NCBI GenBank assembly: GCA_044222395.1
Contig: JBGANK010000003.1
Span: 54,525 to 118,524 of the forward strand
Direction: 5' to 3'
Origin: Hyphomicrobiaceae bacterium
GTDB taxonomy: Bacteria; Pseudomonadota; Alphaproteobacteria; Rhizobiales; Hyphomicrobiaceae
DNA length: 64,000 bases
Part shown: positions 40,136 through 50,048 of the stretch, piece after piece
How positions within the stretch are numbered: position 1 is the stretch's first letter
How the letters are laid out: the number at the start of each line of letters is the position of its first letter
Program-made: the position numbers and the translations under genes
Notes under the pieces: generated by a model
What the model was told of the DNA's origin: nothing
The model's database searches: none
What the model saw: only the letters and a program-made list of their open reading frames with translations

Positions 40136-40650
40136 ATCGGCTCGGCCATGGTCGGCGCGCGGCCGATCGAGACGCGATGCGACTTCTCAAGGGCCTGGAA
40201 AGCGAGATTAATGCGACGCGACATCGCCGACAGGTAGTCGTTCACCTCGGCCGGGAGTTCGGCCGTCGCGTAGCGGTCGGGATGATAGGTCTTGGCCAGA
40301 TCAACGTAAGCCTTGCGGACGTCTTCGTAGCTGGAGCCGGTGCGCAAACCCAGGACCTGGTAGGGATCGAACATGTCCTCCTGGCGCATTACCGAGCGAA
40401 GCTGGCCGGCGCCCGGCACCTGGATCAGCCGCAGTGCGCGGATCGTGCTCTTGGCGATCAGCCGGCTCTCCTCGCCATAGGCGCGAAACTCGATGAACAC
40501 GTTGCCGCCGTTCAGAACCTCGTGCACCGGCCGGCCGGCGGGCATCAGCAGGTCGCCTTTCAGCACCACCTGGTCGTCCATCGTCAATTCTGCCGGCACG
40601 ACAACGCTTTGGCCCTGAACCATATTGTCAACGCGGGTGCGCTCGAACAT
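40111..40650 (-). CDS. J-domain (DnaJ-like) protein
   Basis: DPYQVLGL...YEDVRKAYVDLAKTYHPDR with the HPD tripeptide. The N-terminal ~90-aa domain is unassigned. Confidence 0.8.
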   Translation of the reverse strand: MFERTRVDNMVQGQSVVVPAELTMDDQVVLKGDLLMPAGRPVHEVLNGGNVFIEFRAYGEESRLIAKSTIRALRLIQVPGAGQLRSVMRQEDMFDPYQVLGLRTGSSYEDVRKAYVDLAKTYHPDRYATAELPAEVNDYLSAMSRRINLAFQALEKSHRVSIGRAPTMAEPIYTSRPRA

Positions 40651-40934
40651 CGATCGAATTCCTGTGTTCCGGACTGGGACGGCGGCTAACCCGCGGCCCG
40701 CTTTTCGGGGTCATTGCCAGGGACAGGAGCAAGATCCGTGCAAATCCGCCAGCAAGCGGGGTTGCCGGCCAGGCTGCGGATTGCCGCTCGATTCCGTGTC
40801 GACGATGTGACAGCGGCGCTGCTGGCGGGGGCCCGGCGGATGTGTTACCTCCTCGCGCGATTTTGCGCCGCACAAGATGCGTGCCATTCGGCTGGCGCAC
40901 CACTTGCCCGAGACGGGCCTAATCCGGGACACCC

Positions 40935-42761
<1,827 letters not shown>

Positions 42762-42983
42762 GCCTTCACGCCCTTTGCTTATGCGGGACCGCTTCCGGCC
42801 GACCGCAGCCATCGACAGTTCGTTCAGATTTTTGTGAGCGCTCGGGCCGCGGCGCAAGTGCTATGCACGCGCAGTGGCTTCAAAGTGCCAGGAACCGGTT
42901 GGCGGCTCGTGCGTTCAACTCGTCAACGCCGATGCCAATCATAGCGTCTCGAGTTTCTCTGAAGACAGATGGAGGTGAATGAG

Positions 42984-43259
42984 ATGAAGCGATTTGCAGC
43001 AATTGTGACTGGTTTGTTCCTCGTGTTTCCGTCCACATTCGCATACGCTGAGGATGATGCAAAGCCGAGCGATGCGGAACTGAAATCGATCGGCGCCGCG
43101 GTCGAAGCGATGGGCTGCAAGGATTGGGACGAGATCGACAAGGAAACAAAAAAGGACGGCAGCTACCACTTCGAGGTCGACGACGCCCAATGCGCGGATG
43201 GCCAGTACGACCTCAAATTCGACAAGGATTTCAAGCTGATCAGCAAGTCGAAGGATTGA
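42984..43259 (+). CDS. small secreted PepSY-like protein
   Basis: GGAGG lies 7 nt before ATG 42984. Signal peptide MKRFAAIVTGLFLVFPSTFAYA. ...YHFEVDDAQCADGQYDLKFDKDFKLI resembles a PepSY fold (tentative). Confidence 0.6.
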   Translation: MKRFAAIVTGLFLVFPSTFAYAEDDAKPSDAELKSIGAAVEAMGCKDWDEIDKETKKDGSYHFEVDDAQCADGQYDLKFDKDFKLISKSKD

Positions 43260-43363
43260 GCTGCTCTGCTCCTTACTGACGTGGGCACGGGCGGGCGAGC
43301 ATCACGAATTCCATCTGTGCGAGGGCAGGCCCGAGTTGCGTTCAACCATGCCGGCATGAAAAT

Positions 43364-43393
43364 GGCCCGCCCTGAATAGGATCAGGGCGGGCC
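43364..43393. terminator. bidirectional intrinsic terminator (PepSY gene / Met-rich gene 1)
   Basis: GGCCCGCCCTGA-atagga-TCAGGGCGGGCC 12-bp stem. A-rich 5' flank and T-rich 3' flank. Confidence 0.75.
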
Positions 43394-43439
43394 AACTTCT
43401 TATTGTTTGTCATTCTGCCAAATCGTTGGAGATGAGATG

Positions 43440-43760
43440 TTACTTCTTCTCATCTTTCTTCTTGGCGTCGCCCGACATACCGGACATGCCGCCCATGGCC
43501 TTGAGACGCTGCTCGGCCTCGGCGGGAGAGCGTCCTTCCATGCCGACCATGTTGTCAGGCTGCATTCCCGACATGCCGCTCATGCCCTTCTGACCAGACA
43601 TTCCCGACATGCCACCCATGCCGCTCATGCCCTTCTGGTCGCCCGACATTCCGGACATGCCGCCCATACCGCTCATGCCTTTTTGCTCTTGAGCCGATGC
43701 CGCAGTGGCGATGGCGCAGGAAACAAGTGCAGCACCAGCAAGCTTCAGGATCTTCCACAT
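43440..43760 (-). CDS. secreted Met/Gly/Ser-rich repeat protein, copy 1 (106 aa)
   Basis: Signal peptide MWKILKLAGAALVSCAIATAASA, then GMSGMGGMSGMSG(D)QK repeats and a Lys/Glu tail. GGGAGAA RBS. Confidence 0.75.
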   Translation of the reverse strand: MWKILKLAGAALVSCAIATAASAQEQKGMSGMGGMSGMSGDQKGMSGMGGMSGMSGQKGMSGMSGMQPDNMVGMEGRSPAEAEQRLKAMGGMSGMSGDAKKKDEKK

Positions 43761-43990
43761 AGAATCTATTCTCCCAGTCCTAGTCATGTTGGAACAAACG
43801 GCTCTTAGGCGCCCGCTCGCGAGCACCGGATGGCTGCCGTTCGGAATTCGGGCCCCGACTCACAGCCCTCGCCAGCGGCACTCAGCATTTACTCCATCTG
43901 AGGTCAACTGCCGGGGCGCATTAGAGTTGCACGCCGTGGCAAAAAATTGCGCAATATTTGGACGTTGCAGCATTCTGTTGTGCATTTTTT
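43761..43990 (-). promoter_or_regulatory. conserved structured 5' leader/promoter of Met-rich gene 1
   Basis: Alignable with 44856-45085. Hairpins at 43876-43913, 43832-43867 and 43808-43827 (see findings). Confidence 0.5.
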
Positions 43991-44280
43991 CGGGCAAGTT
44001 CGGGCGGAGACTTATCACGAGCCAAGGTGGCGGGTCGGCTGGGACAGGGTGTGTGATTTCGCCACATCGGAGGTTGCGACGGAGATCAAACCAGGGCGAG
44101 GGCTCAAGCAGGCCCGATCTCAGCAGCACCGCCTCAGCTGCCACGTTCCGCCCATGCCTCCAATTGGTAATCTGATCATGGCCAATACCTGAACCCGAAT
44201 CGGTTCCAACCCTGCGCAATGGGCGAGCGAACAGCGACGGTTCTGAATGCGCTGCCGTGAGCCGCTCAGGCATGAAAAAA

Positions 44281-44308
44281 GCCCGCCCCGATATCGATCG
44301 GGGCGGGC
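44281..44308 (-). terminator. intrinsic terminator of Met-rich gene 2
   Basis: GCCCGCCCCGAT-atcg-ATCGGGGCGGGC, followed on the minus strand by TTTTTTCATG. Confidence 0.75.
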
Positions 44309-44354
44309 CAAGTGTCCAGTATCCGGCATTACGCCGAAATCGTTTGGGGGGAGA

Positions 44355-44855
44355 TTACTTCTTCTCGTCCTTCTTCTCGTCCTTCTTGGCGTCGCCCGAC
44401 ATGCCCGACATGCCACCCATGCCGCTCATGCCCTTCTGGCCGGACATGCCCGACATGCCACCCATGCCACTCATGCCCTTCTGATCGCCAGACATGCCAG
44501 ACATGCCACCCATGCCGCTCATGCCCTTCTGATCGCCGGACATGCCAGACATGCCACCCATGCCGCTCATGCCCTTCTGATCGCCGGACATGCCAGACAT
44601 GCCACCCATGCCGCTCATGCCCTTCTGGCCGGACATGCCAGACATGCCGCCCATTCCACTCATACCCTTCTGATCGCCAGACATACCGCTCATGCCCTTC
44701 TGATCACCGGACATGCCAGACATGCCCTTCTGATCGCCGGACATGCCAGACATGCCGCCCATGCCGCTCATGCCCTTCTGCTCTTCAGCCGTCGCCGCAG
44801 TGGCGAGGGCGCAAGAGATAAGGGCAGCACCAGCAAGCTTGAGGATCTTCGACAT
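44355..44855 (-). CDS. secreted Met/Gly/Ser-rich repeat protein, copy 2 (166 aa)
   Basis: Signal peptide MSKILKLAGAALISCALATAATA. Nine GMSGM(GGMSGM)SG(D)QK units and a KKDEKKDEKK tail. Confidence 0.75.
   Translation of the reverse strand: MSKILKLAGAALISCALATAATAEEQKGMSGMGGMSGMSGDQKGMSGMSGDQKGMSGMSGDQKGMSGMGGMSGMSGQKGMSGMGGMSGMSGDQKGMSGMGGMSGMSGDQKGMSGMGGMSGMSGDQKGMSGMGGMSGMSGQKGMSGMGGMSGMSGDAKKDEKKDEKK
44397..44777 (-). repeat. in-frame tandem repeat (48-nt / 30-nt units) inside Met-rich gene 2
   Basis: Two adjacent 48-nt units, 44511-44558 and 44559-44606, are identical. Neighbouring units differ by a few bases. Confidence 0.85.
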
Positions 44856-45085
44856 GTATCTTTTCTCCCAGTCACAGTCGCGTTGCTACAAACGGCTTGA
44901 AGGCGCTCGTTCGCGAGCGCCGGCTGGTTGCCGTTTCGAAATCAGGCCCCAACCCTCGGCCCCTTTACAGCGGCGCTCAGTATTCACTCCGCCTGAGGAC
45001 CACCGCCGGGCGCGCATTAGAAAGGCAGGTCATGGCGAAAAGTTGCGCAATAGTTGGAAGTCACAGCAATCTCTTATGAAATATT
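44856..45085 (-). promoter_or_regulatory. conserved structured 5' leader/promoter of Met-rich gene 2
   Basis: Alignable with 43761-43990. Hairpins at 44971-45008, 44926-44954 and 44902-44921. Confidence 0.5.
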
Positions 45086-45347
45086 GCGGCCTAGTTCTGA
45101 CCAAGATCAGCACCCAGTCGATGATTCCGCTTTTGGCAGCAAGCCGCCTGATTTGGCCAAGGTAGATATCCCGTGGGCTGCGAATCGATAAAGGGATCTG
45201 GTTAACGGCAGCACTTGTCGGGCCTTTCCAGCATCTGAGAAGCGCCGGAACCCTGCTTGGCAGCAGAGTTAACCAACTTCCTGAAGGGTTTGTTGATCGT
45301 TCAATGTCAAGGTCGTTCAAACCTTATTTTCAAGCAGAGCCAAACCT

Positions 45348-45932
45348 ATGAACCTCATGGCCGACGCGCGACTGTTTCACGTGGTGCAGCACGCGCATGT
45401 CCACAAATTCGTAGAGAAGCCATATGCCGGGGGCCATGCCAGCGCGCCAGTGCTGCTCGTGCTGTCAGGCCTTGCCATCGCCGGACTTGTCGCGGCGTCC
45501 ATCTTCGTCCCCGCTGCCGTAGCTCCCATGATCGTGGCAACCGCTATCCTCATGGTCGGCGCGGTGGGACTAGCCCTGTTCAGCCTCTATGCCACCGGCG
45601 AGATTATCGAAGCGCGCTTCGACAAAGGCCGGAATTGCGCTCAACTGCTTTATCGCGGACCAACCGCTCATACCGTGTGGGATATTCCGCTCAACCGCAT
45701 CTCTGGCGCACGCATGGCCATGCGCTATGATGAAAATGGCGCGAAAGTCGCAACGCCGGAGCTGGAACTGACGAATGGGCGCACGATCGATCTACCGGCC
45801 TCCACCACGTGGCAAGATATCGAGGCCATTCGCGCGCTGATTGCCGAAGATACTTCGAATAGCGATGCCGCCTGGGCGCGCAAGGCGAGCGTCCGCCAGG
45901 GCGCGCGCACGCGAGGCAAGAACACGCGCTGA
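45348..45932 (+). CDS. hypothetical membrane protein
   Basis: 194 aa with two adjacent TM segments followed by a soluble domain. Moderate GC3. Confidence 0.55.
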   Translation: MNLMADARLFHVVQHAHVHKFVEKPYAGGHASAPVLLVLSGLAIAGLVAASIFVPAAVAPMIVATAILMVGAVGLALFSLYATGEIIEARFDKGRNCAQLLYRGPTAHTVWDIPLNRISGARMAMRYDENGAKVATPELELTNGRTIDLPASTTWQDIEAIRALIAEDTSNSDAAWARKASVRQGARTRGKNTR

Positions 45933-46150
45933 GCACAGCCAACAACAGGGCAGCATCAACCCTCGCCGGCTCTCACCCTATATCGCTCACCTGTGATCCT
46001 TCGCGATACCACGACGGTGGAGCGAATCCATTCGTTCAGCGGTGACGGCACCGCATTATTGCATTTCAGCGGCAAGAGTGATCGCAGTGCAGCGGCCGGC
46101 ATCCACTATTCTTGTTGCCGGGAACTTTGACTTGGCGGTCGCGCCTTCTT

Positions 46151-47575
46151 ATGCACGTCCCGGTGTGGCTGGCGCATGCTCGCCCGGTCCTTGCACGACC
46201 CGATACCGACCGTTCGCCGGAGAAGCACAGTTTGGCCCTGCCCAGACCCGAAAAAATAGTCGCAGGAGAACACGGGACCGCCAACTGGCCAGCCGATGTG
46301 ACGCCGACTGCGGAGTACGAGGCGGCTCTTGAATTCGCGCGCGCGGGCAATGGCAACCTGTTCGTCACCGGCCGCGCAGGCACCGGCAAATCGACGCTGC
46401 TTAGATGCACGCGCGATGCGCTTGCGACGGACGCGGTGGTGGTGGCGCCGACCGGCCTTGCGGCGGTCAACGTCGGCGGCCAAACGATCCATTCGTTTTT
46501 CGGCTTGCCGCCCCGGCTGATCCGCTCGGACGACATTCGCCGCAGCCGTAACGCCAGAGTGATGCGGCGGCTCCAGCTCTTGATCATCGACGAGATCTCG
46601 ATGGTGCGTTCGGACCTGATGGCGGCGATGGATGCGTCGCTCAGGCTGAACCGTGGACGTCCGCGCGAGCCGTTCGGCGGTGTGCGCCTGTTGATGTTCG
46701 GTGATCTGCACCAGCTGCCGCCTGTGGTGACCGACAACGAGGTGGCGGCACATCTTGAAAGCGAGCACGGCGGCCCGTTCTTTTTTTCCGTGCAGGCGTT
46801 GCGCGAGGGTGCGGGAACGTCGCTCCTGGAACTCGAGCAGGTTTTCCGCCAGCGCGACGAAGCGCTTCTCGGCGTACTCAACCGGGTGCGCAACGGCGAG
46901 GCGGACGAGACCGATCTGAAGACGCTCAACGCTCGCGTGAACCCGATCCGCACGCTGGGCGAAGGAGAGCCCTACGTGATCCTCACTCCCACCAACGCCG
47001 CAGCCCAGCGCATCAACATGGCCTATCTCGACGCGCTGCCGGCTCGCGCACAAACCTACGAGGCGGGTGTCACCGGCGAGTTCAACGCCGCCGCACAGCC
47101 GACCGACCAGATTCTGGTGCTCAAGGAGGGAGCCAAGGTCATCCTGCTGCGCAACGATCCCGACCGCCGCTGGGTCAACGGTACGATCGCGCGCATCGCG
47201 CGGCTGACGGAGCGGCAGGTGTTCATCGAGGTCAAAGGTCGCGAGTACGAGCTGGAGCCGGTATCATGGGAGAGCCGGCGCTATGCCTTCGATCAGGCTG
47301 CGGAAAAGGTGGTCGAAACGGTTGCGGGCACGTTCAAGCAGTTTCCGGTGCGGCTGGCCTGGGCGCTGACCATCCACAAGTCGCAGGGGCTGACGCTCGA
47401 CCAAGTCTATATCGACCTGGGGCGCGGCACTTTCGCGCATGGGCAGACTTACGTCGCATTATCCCGCTGCCGCTCACTCGACGGGCTGACGCTGGCGCGC
47501 GCCTTGCGGCCGAGCGACATTTTGTTCGATCCCGGCGTGATGGGATACCGGGACGTATTCTCGCGTCTTGAGTGA
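46151..47575 (+). CDS. SF1B (Pif1/RecD-like) DNA helicase
   Basis: Walker A GRAGTGKST, Walker B LLIIDEISMV, and C-terminal LTIHKSQGLTLDQVYIDL motif. The start is uncertain. Confidence 0.85.
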   Translation: MHVPVWLAHARPVLARPDTDRSPEKHSLALPRPEKIVAGEHGTANWPADVTPTAEYEAALEFARAGNGNLFVTGRAGTGKSTLLRCTRDALATDAVVVAPTGLAAVNVGGQTIHSFFGLPPRLIRSDDIRRSRNARVMRRLQLLIIDEISMVRSDLMAAMDASLRLNRGRPREPFGGVRLLMFGDLHQLPPVVTDNEVAAHLESEHGGPFFFSVQALREGAGTSLLELEQVFRQRDEALLGVLNRVRNGEADETDLKTLNARVNPIRTLGEGEPYVILTPTNAAAQRINMAYLDALPARAQTYEAGVTGEFNAAAQPTDQILVLKEGAKVILLRNDPDRRWVNGTIARIARLTERQVFIEVKGREYELEPVSWESRRYAFDQAAEKVVETVAGTFKQFPVRLAWALTIHKSQGLTLDQVYIDLGRGTFAHGQTYVALSRCRSLDGLTLARALRPSDILFDPGVMGYRDVFSRLE

Positions 47576-47905
47576 TCGAAACAGTTTCCTGATTTTGCAA
47601 TGCAATTCACTTTTGGGGCCGAGTCTTGTGCGGCGCAATATGACTTCTCGCCGGCTTCGCGGGGAATTAACCCTTACGTAAACGACCTATTTTCAAGAGT
47701 TCGAAAGGTCCGCTCTTGATCTCGAGCACGACCTTTGTCGCACAGCAATATATTTGATGTTGCATTGCACAATGAACTGCGCTAGGGTCTTTCACATCAA
47801 GGCCGCCACCTGTTGGGCCTCCCGCTCTTAGGCGACCCGATCCATACCCGCCCAGCCGGGCGATACATGAATGAACCCGATCCCTTAGATATCAGGAGCA
47901 TCGCC

Positions 47906-48361
47906 ATGAACGACCAATTCACCCGCCAGGCGCAGGACATGTTCGCAGCTGCCAAGGACGCCCGTATTCCCGAGAACATCCAGGCCATGGCCGAGGAAGG
48001 CGTTGTGAAGACCCGCGAGGCCTATCACAAGCTCAGCACCGTCGCTAAGGACGGCGCAAAGGTTGTCGAGGAGGTCATGCTTGCCTCTCACGCCGGCGCC
48101 AAGGCAATCGGTGAGAAGCTTCTCCACAACACGACCGTCAACACCGAAGCCGTCTTCGATGCCGCACAGGCGATCGCGCGGGCAAAGACGATCCCGGAGG
48201 CAGTTCGCCTTCAGGCCGACTTCCTGCAGCAGCAGTTCGCCGTTGCCGGCGCGCAGAGCAAGGAGCTTTTCGAACTCTCCGCGAAGGTGACCAAGCAAAC
48301 CATGGAGACTGTGAATGCGGCTGCCACGAAGAGCTTCGAGCAGATGAAGCACGTCGGCTGA
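47906..48361 (+). CDS. phasin-family (PHA granule-associated) protein
   Basis: AGGAGC RBS. 151-aa all-helical Ala/Lys/Glu-rich sequence with the phasin-like N-terminus MNDQFTRQAQDMFAAAKDARIPENIQAMAEEGV. Confidence 0.8.
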   Translation: MNDQFTRQAQDMFAAAKDARIPENIQAMAEEGVVKTREAYHKLSTVAKDGAKVVEEVMLASHAGAKAIGEKLLHNTTVNTEAVFDAAQAIARAKTIPEAVRLQADFLQQQFAVAGAQSKELFELSAKVTKQTMETVNAAATKSFEQMKHVG

Positions 48362-48424
48362 AGTCATTCTTCACGAATGTTGCGAAGGCGCAGGCTGAAG
48401 TCGTCGCGCTCTAACCATAAGATG

Positions 48425-48457
48425 CCCGGAAGCTCGCGCTTCCGGGCGTTTTCTTTC
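48425..48457 (+). terminator. intrinsic terminator of the phasin gene
   Basis: CCCGGAAGC-tcgc-GCTTCCGGG followed by CGTTTTCTTTC. Confidence 0.8.
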
Positions 48458-48629
48458 GCCGAGAGCGCCGGCGGCTGCGGCTGCTTCATGTTGCATCGCA
48501 TAGTCGGGCGCGCGACTGCAGTAACCGGCTTGATGACTGAAACCCAGGTCGCACAGGCAACGAAAATTCGCTTACGCTCTTTGTACAATGGGCCGAGACA
48601 AACGCGTTTTTCGCGCTATAGTCGGTGCC

Positions 48630-49139
48630 ATGCTTAGTTCGAGTTCTCAAGTACGCGTGCGTTGCGGTCAGCTTTCCGATGCGAAAGCATTGGCCGACGT
48701 CTTCGAGCGTTCCTGGCGGCATGCCTACGTTGGCATCCTTCCGCGAGCGCATCTGGATTCCCTCATCCTCAGACGCGGCCGCAGGTGGTGGACAAGCGCC
48801 ATCCGTTCCGGCGATCTCATCCTCGTGCTCGAGGTCGGCGGCGAGATCGGCGGCTATGCCTCATGCGGACCGGCGCGCCATCGCGGTCGCTACGAGGGCG
48901 AGATCTACGAGCTCTATCTGGCACCGGAGTATCAGGGCCTGGGCTTCGGCGAATTGCTGTTCGAAGCGTGCCGGCACGAACTCGACCGGCGCAAACTCAA
49001 CGGCCTGATCGTCTGGGCACTCGCCGACAACGATGCTGCGGCGGATTTCTACTGGCGGCGCGGTGGCCGGCCGGTACAGCAGGTGTCCGACCGGGTCGGC
49101 ACCGTCGACATGCAGAAAGTCGGCTACGGCTGGCCGTGA
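48630..49139 (+). CDS. GNAT-family N-acetyltransferase
   Basis: YLAPEYQGLGFGELLFEACRHEL acetyl-CoA motif. The start is 48588 or 48630. Confidence 0.8.
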   Translation: MLSSSSQVRVRCGQLSDAKALADVFERSWRHAYVGILPRAHLDSLILRRGRRWWTSAIRSGDLILVLEVGGEIGGYASCGPARHRGRYEGEIYELYLAPEYQGLGFGELLFEACRHELDRRKLNGLIVWALADNDAAADFYWRRGGRPVQQVSDRVGTVDMQKVGYGWP

Positions 49140-49368
49140 CTTCGTCGGCCGCGCGGTGCCGCGCCGCGGCGAACCATCTGCCCATCCATCTGACGGCCGG
49201 TGCTGAGCGCCGGCCTTTGTCGTGACGTACAGACGGTCGCCAACCTACTCCCCACTTGGTTGCGTCTTCGATCTAAAGAGGGGTTGCCCCAAGGAGCCGC
49301 CTCGGGCAGCAAGGTTGCTGCGGAACGAGCCACGGTCCGCCCAAAAAAACCGATCCAAGGAGACCCCC

Positions 49369-49914
49369 ATGCGCATCGACGCCATCGCCATCGGCAGGCA
49401 TCCGCCGGACGACGTCAACGTCATCATCGAGGTGCCGGTCGGCGGCGAGCCTGTCAAGTACGAGATGGACAAGGAGGCCGGCGCGCTGGTGGTCGATCGG
49501 TTCCTCTACACGCCGATGCGTTATCCGGGGAACTACGGATTCATTCCGCATACCCTGTCGCCGGACGGTGACCCGATCGATGTCCTCGTCTGCAATACGC
49601 GCACGATCGTGCCGGGCGGCATCATCAACTGCCGGCCGATCGGCGTGATGATGATGGAAGACGACGGTGGCGGCGACGAGAAGATCATCGCGGTACCCAG
49701 CTCCAAGATCTCGGCGCGCTACGACCGCATTCGCACGGTCGCCGACCTGCCACCGATCACGAAAAACCAGATCGAGCACTTCTTCCAGCACTACAAGGAT
49801 CTGGAGCCCGGCAAATGGGTCAAGATCGTCAACTGGGGCGACGTCGACGACGCCAAGCGGGTGATCCGCGAGGCGATCGAACGGGCCAAGACCGCCAAGG
49901 GGGCCGAAGGCTAA
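49369..49914 (+). CDS. ppa: inorganic diphosphatase
   Basis: [32 protein letters not shown] family-I PPase signature. Confidence 0.95.
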   Translation: MRIDAIAIGRHPPDDVNVIIEVPVGGEPVKYEMDKEAGALVVDRFLYTPMRYPGNYGFIPHTLSPDGDPIDVLVCNTRTIVPGGIINCRPIGVMMMEDDGGGDEKIIAVPSSKISARYDRIRTVADLPPITKNQIEHFFQHYKDLEPGKWVKIVNWGDVDDAKRVIREAIERAKTAKGAEG

Positions 49915-50048
49915 CCGCAGTTGACAGCGAGCCCTTTCCAAATCGCCAGGGCTTGCTATACCGCCCGTCGAATTCACAATGTGGGCTGCGGACTCGACCG
50001 GGCCGGCGATGCGGCCGTGTCGCAAGCGCAAAAAAGTTGAGAAATGGC

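Noticed and set aside
43937-43950. Sigma54-like TGGCA-N-TTGC element (also at 45033-45046)
   Set aside because: The GG-to-GC spacing is one nucleotide shorter than the -24/-12 consensus. The element is on the plus strand, pointing away from the Met-rich genes toward DNA with no convincing ORF.
43860-44273. 137-aa minus-strand ORF between the two Met-rich cassettes
   Set aside because: It overlaps the conserved leader of copy 1 and has no RBS. The composition is not protein-like and it has no counterpart after copy 2.
44397-44777. Regularly spaced repeats, considered as a CRISPR array
   Set aside because: The units are contiguous with no spacers, in frame, and encode the GMSGM repeat protein with a signal peptide, RBS and terminator. 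No cas genes are present in the window.
46106-47053. 315-aa and 295-aa minus-strand ORFs
   Set aside because: Antisense shadows of the SF1B helicase gene.
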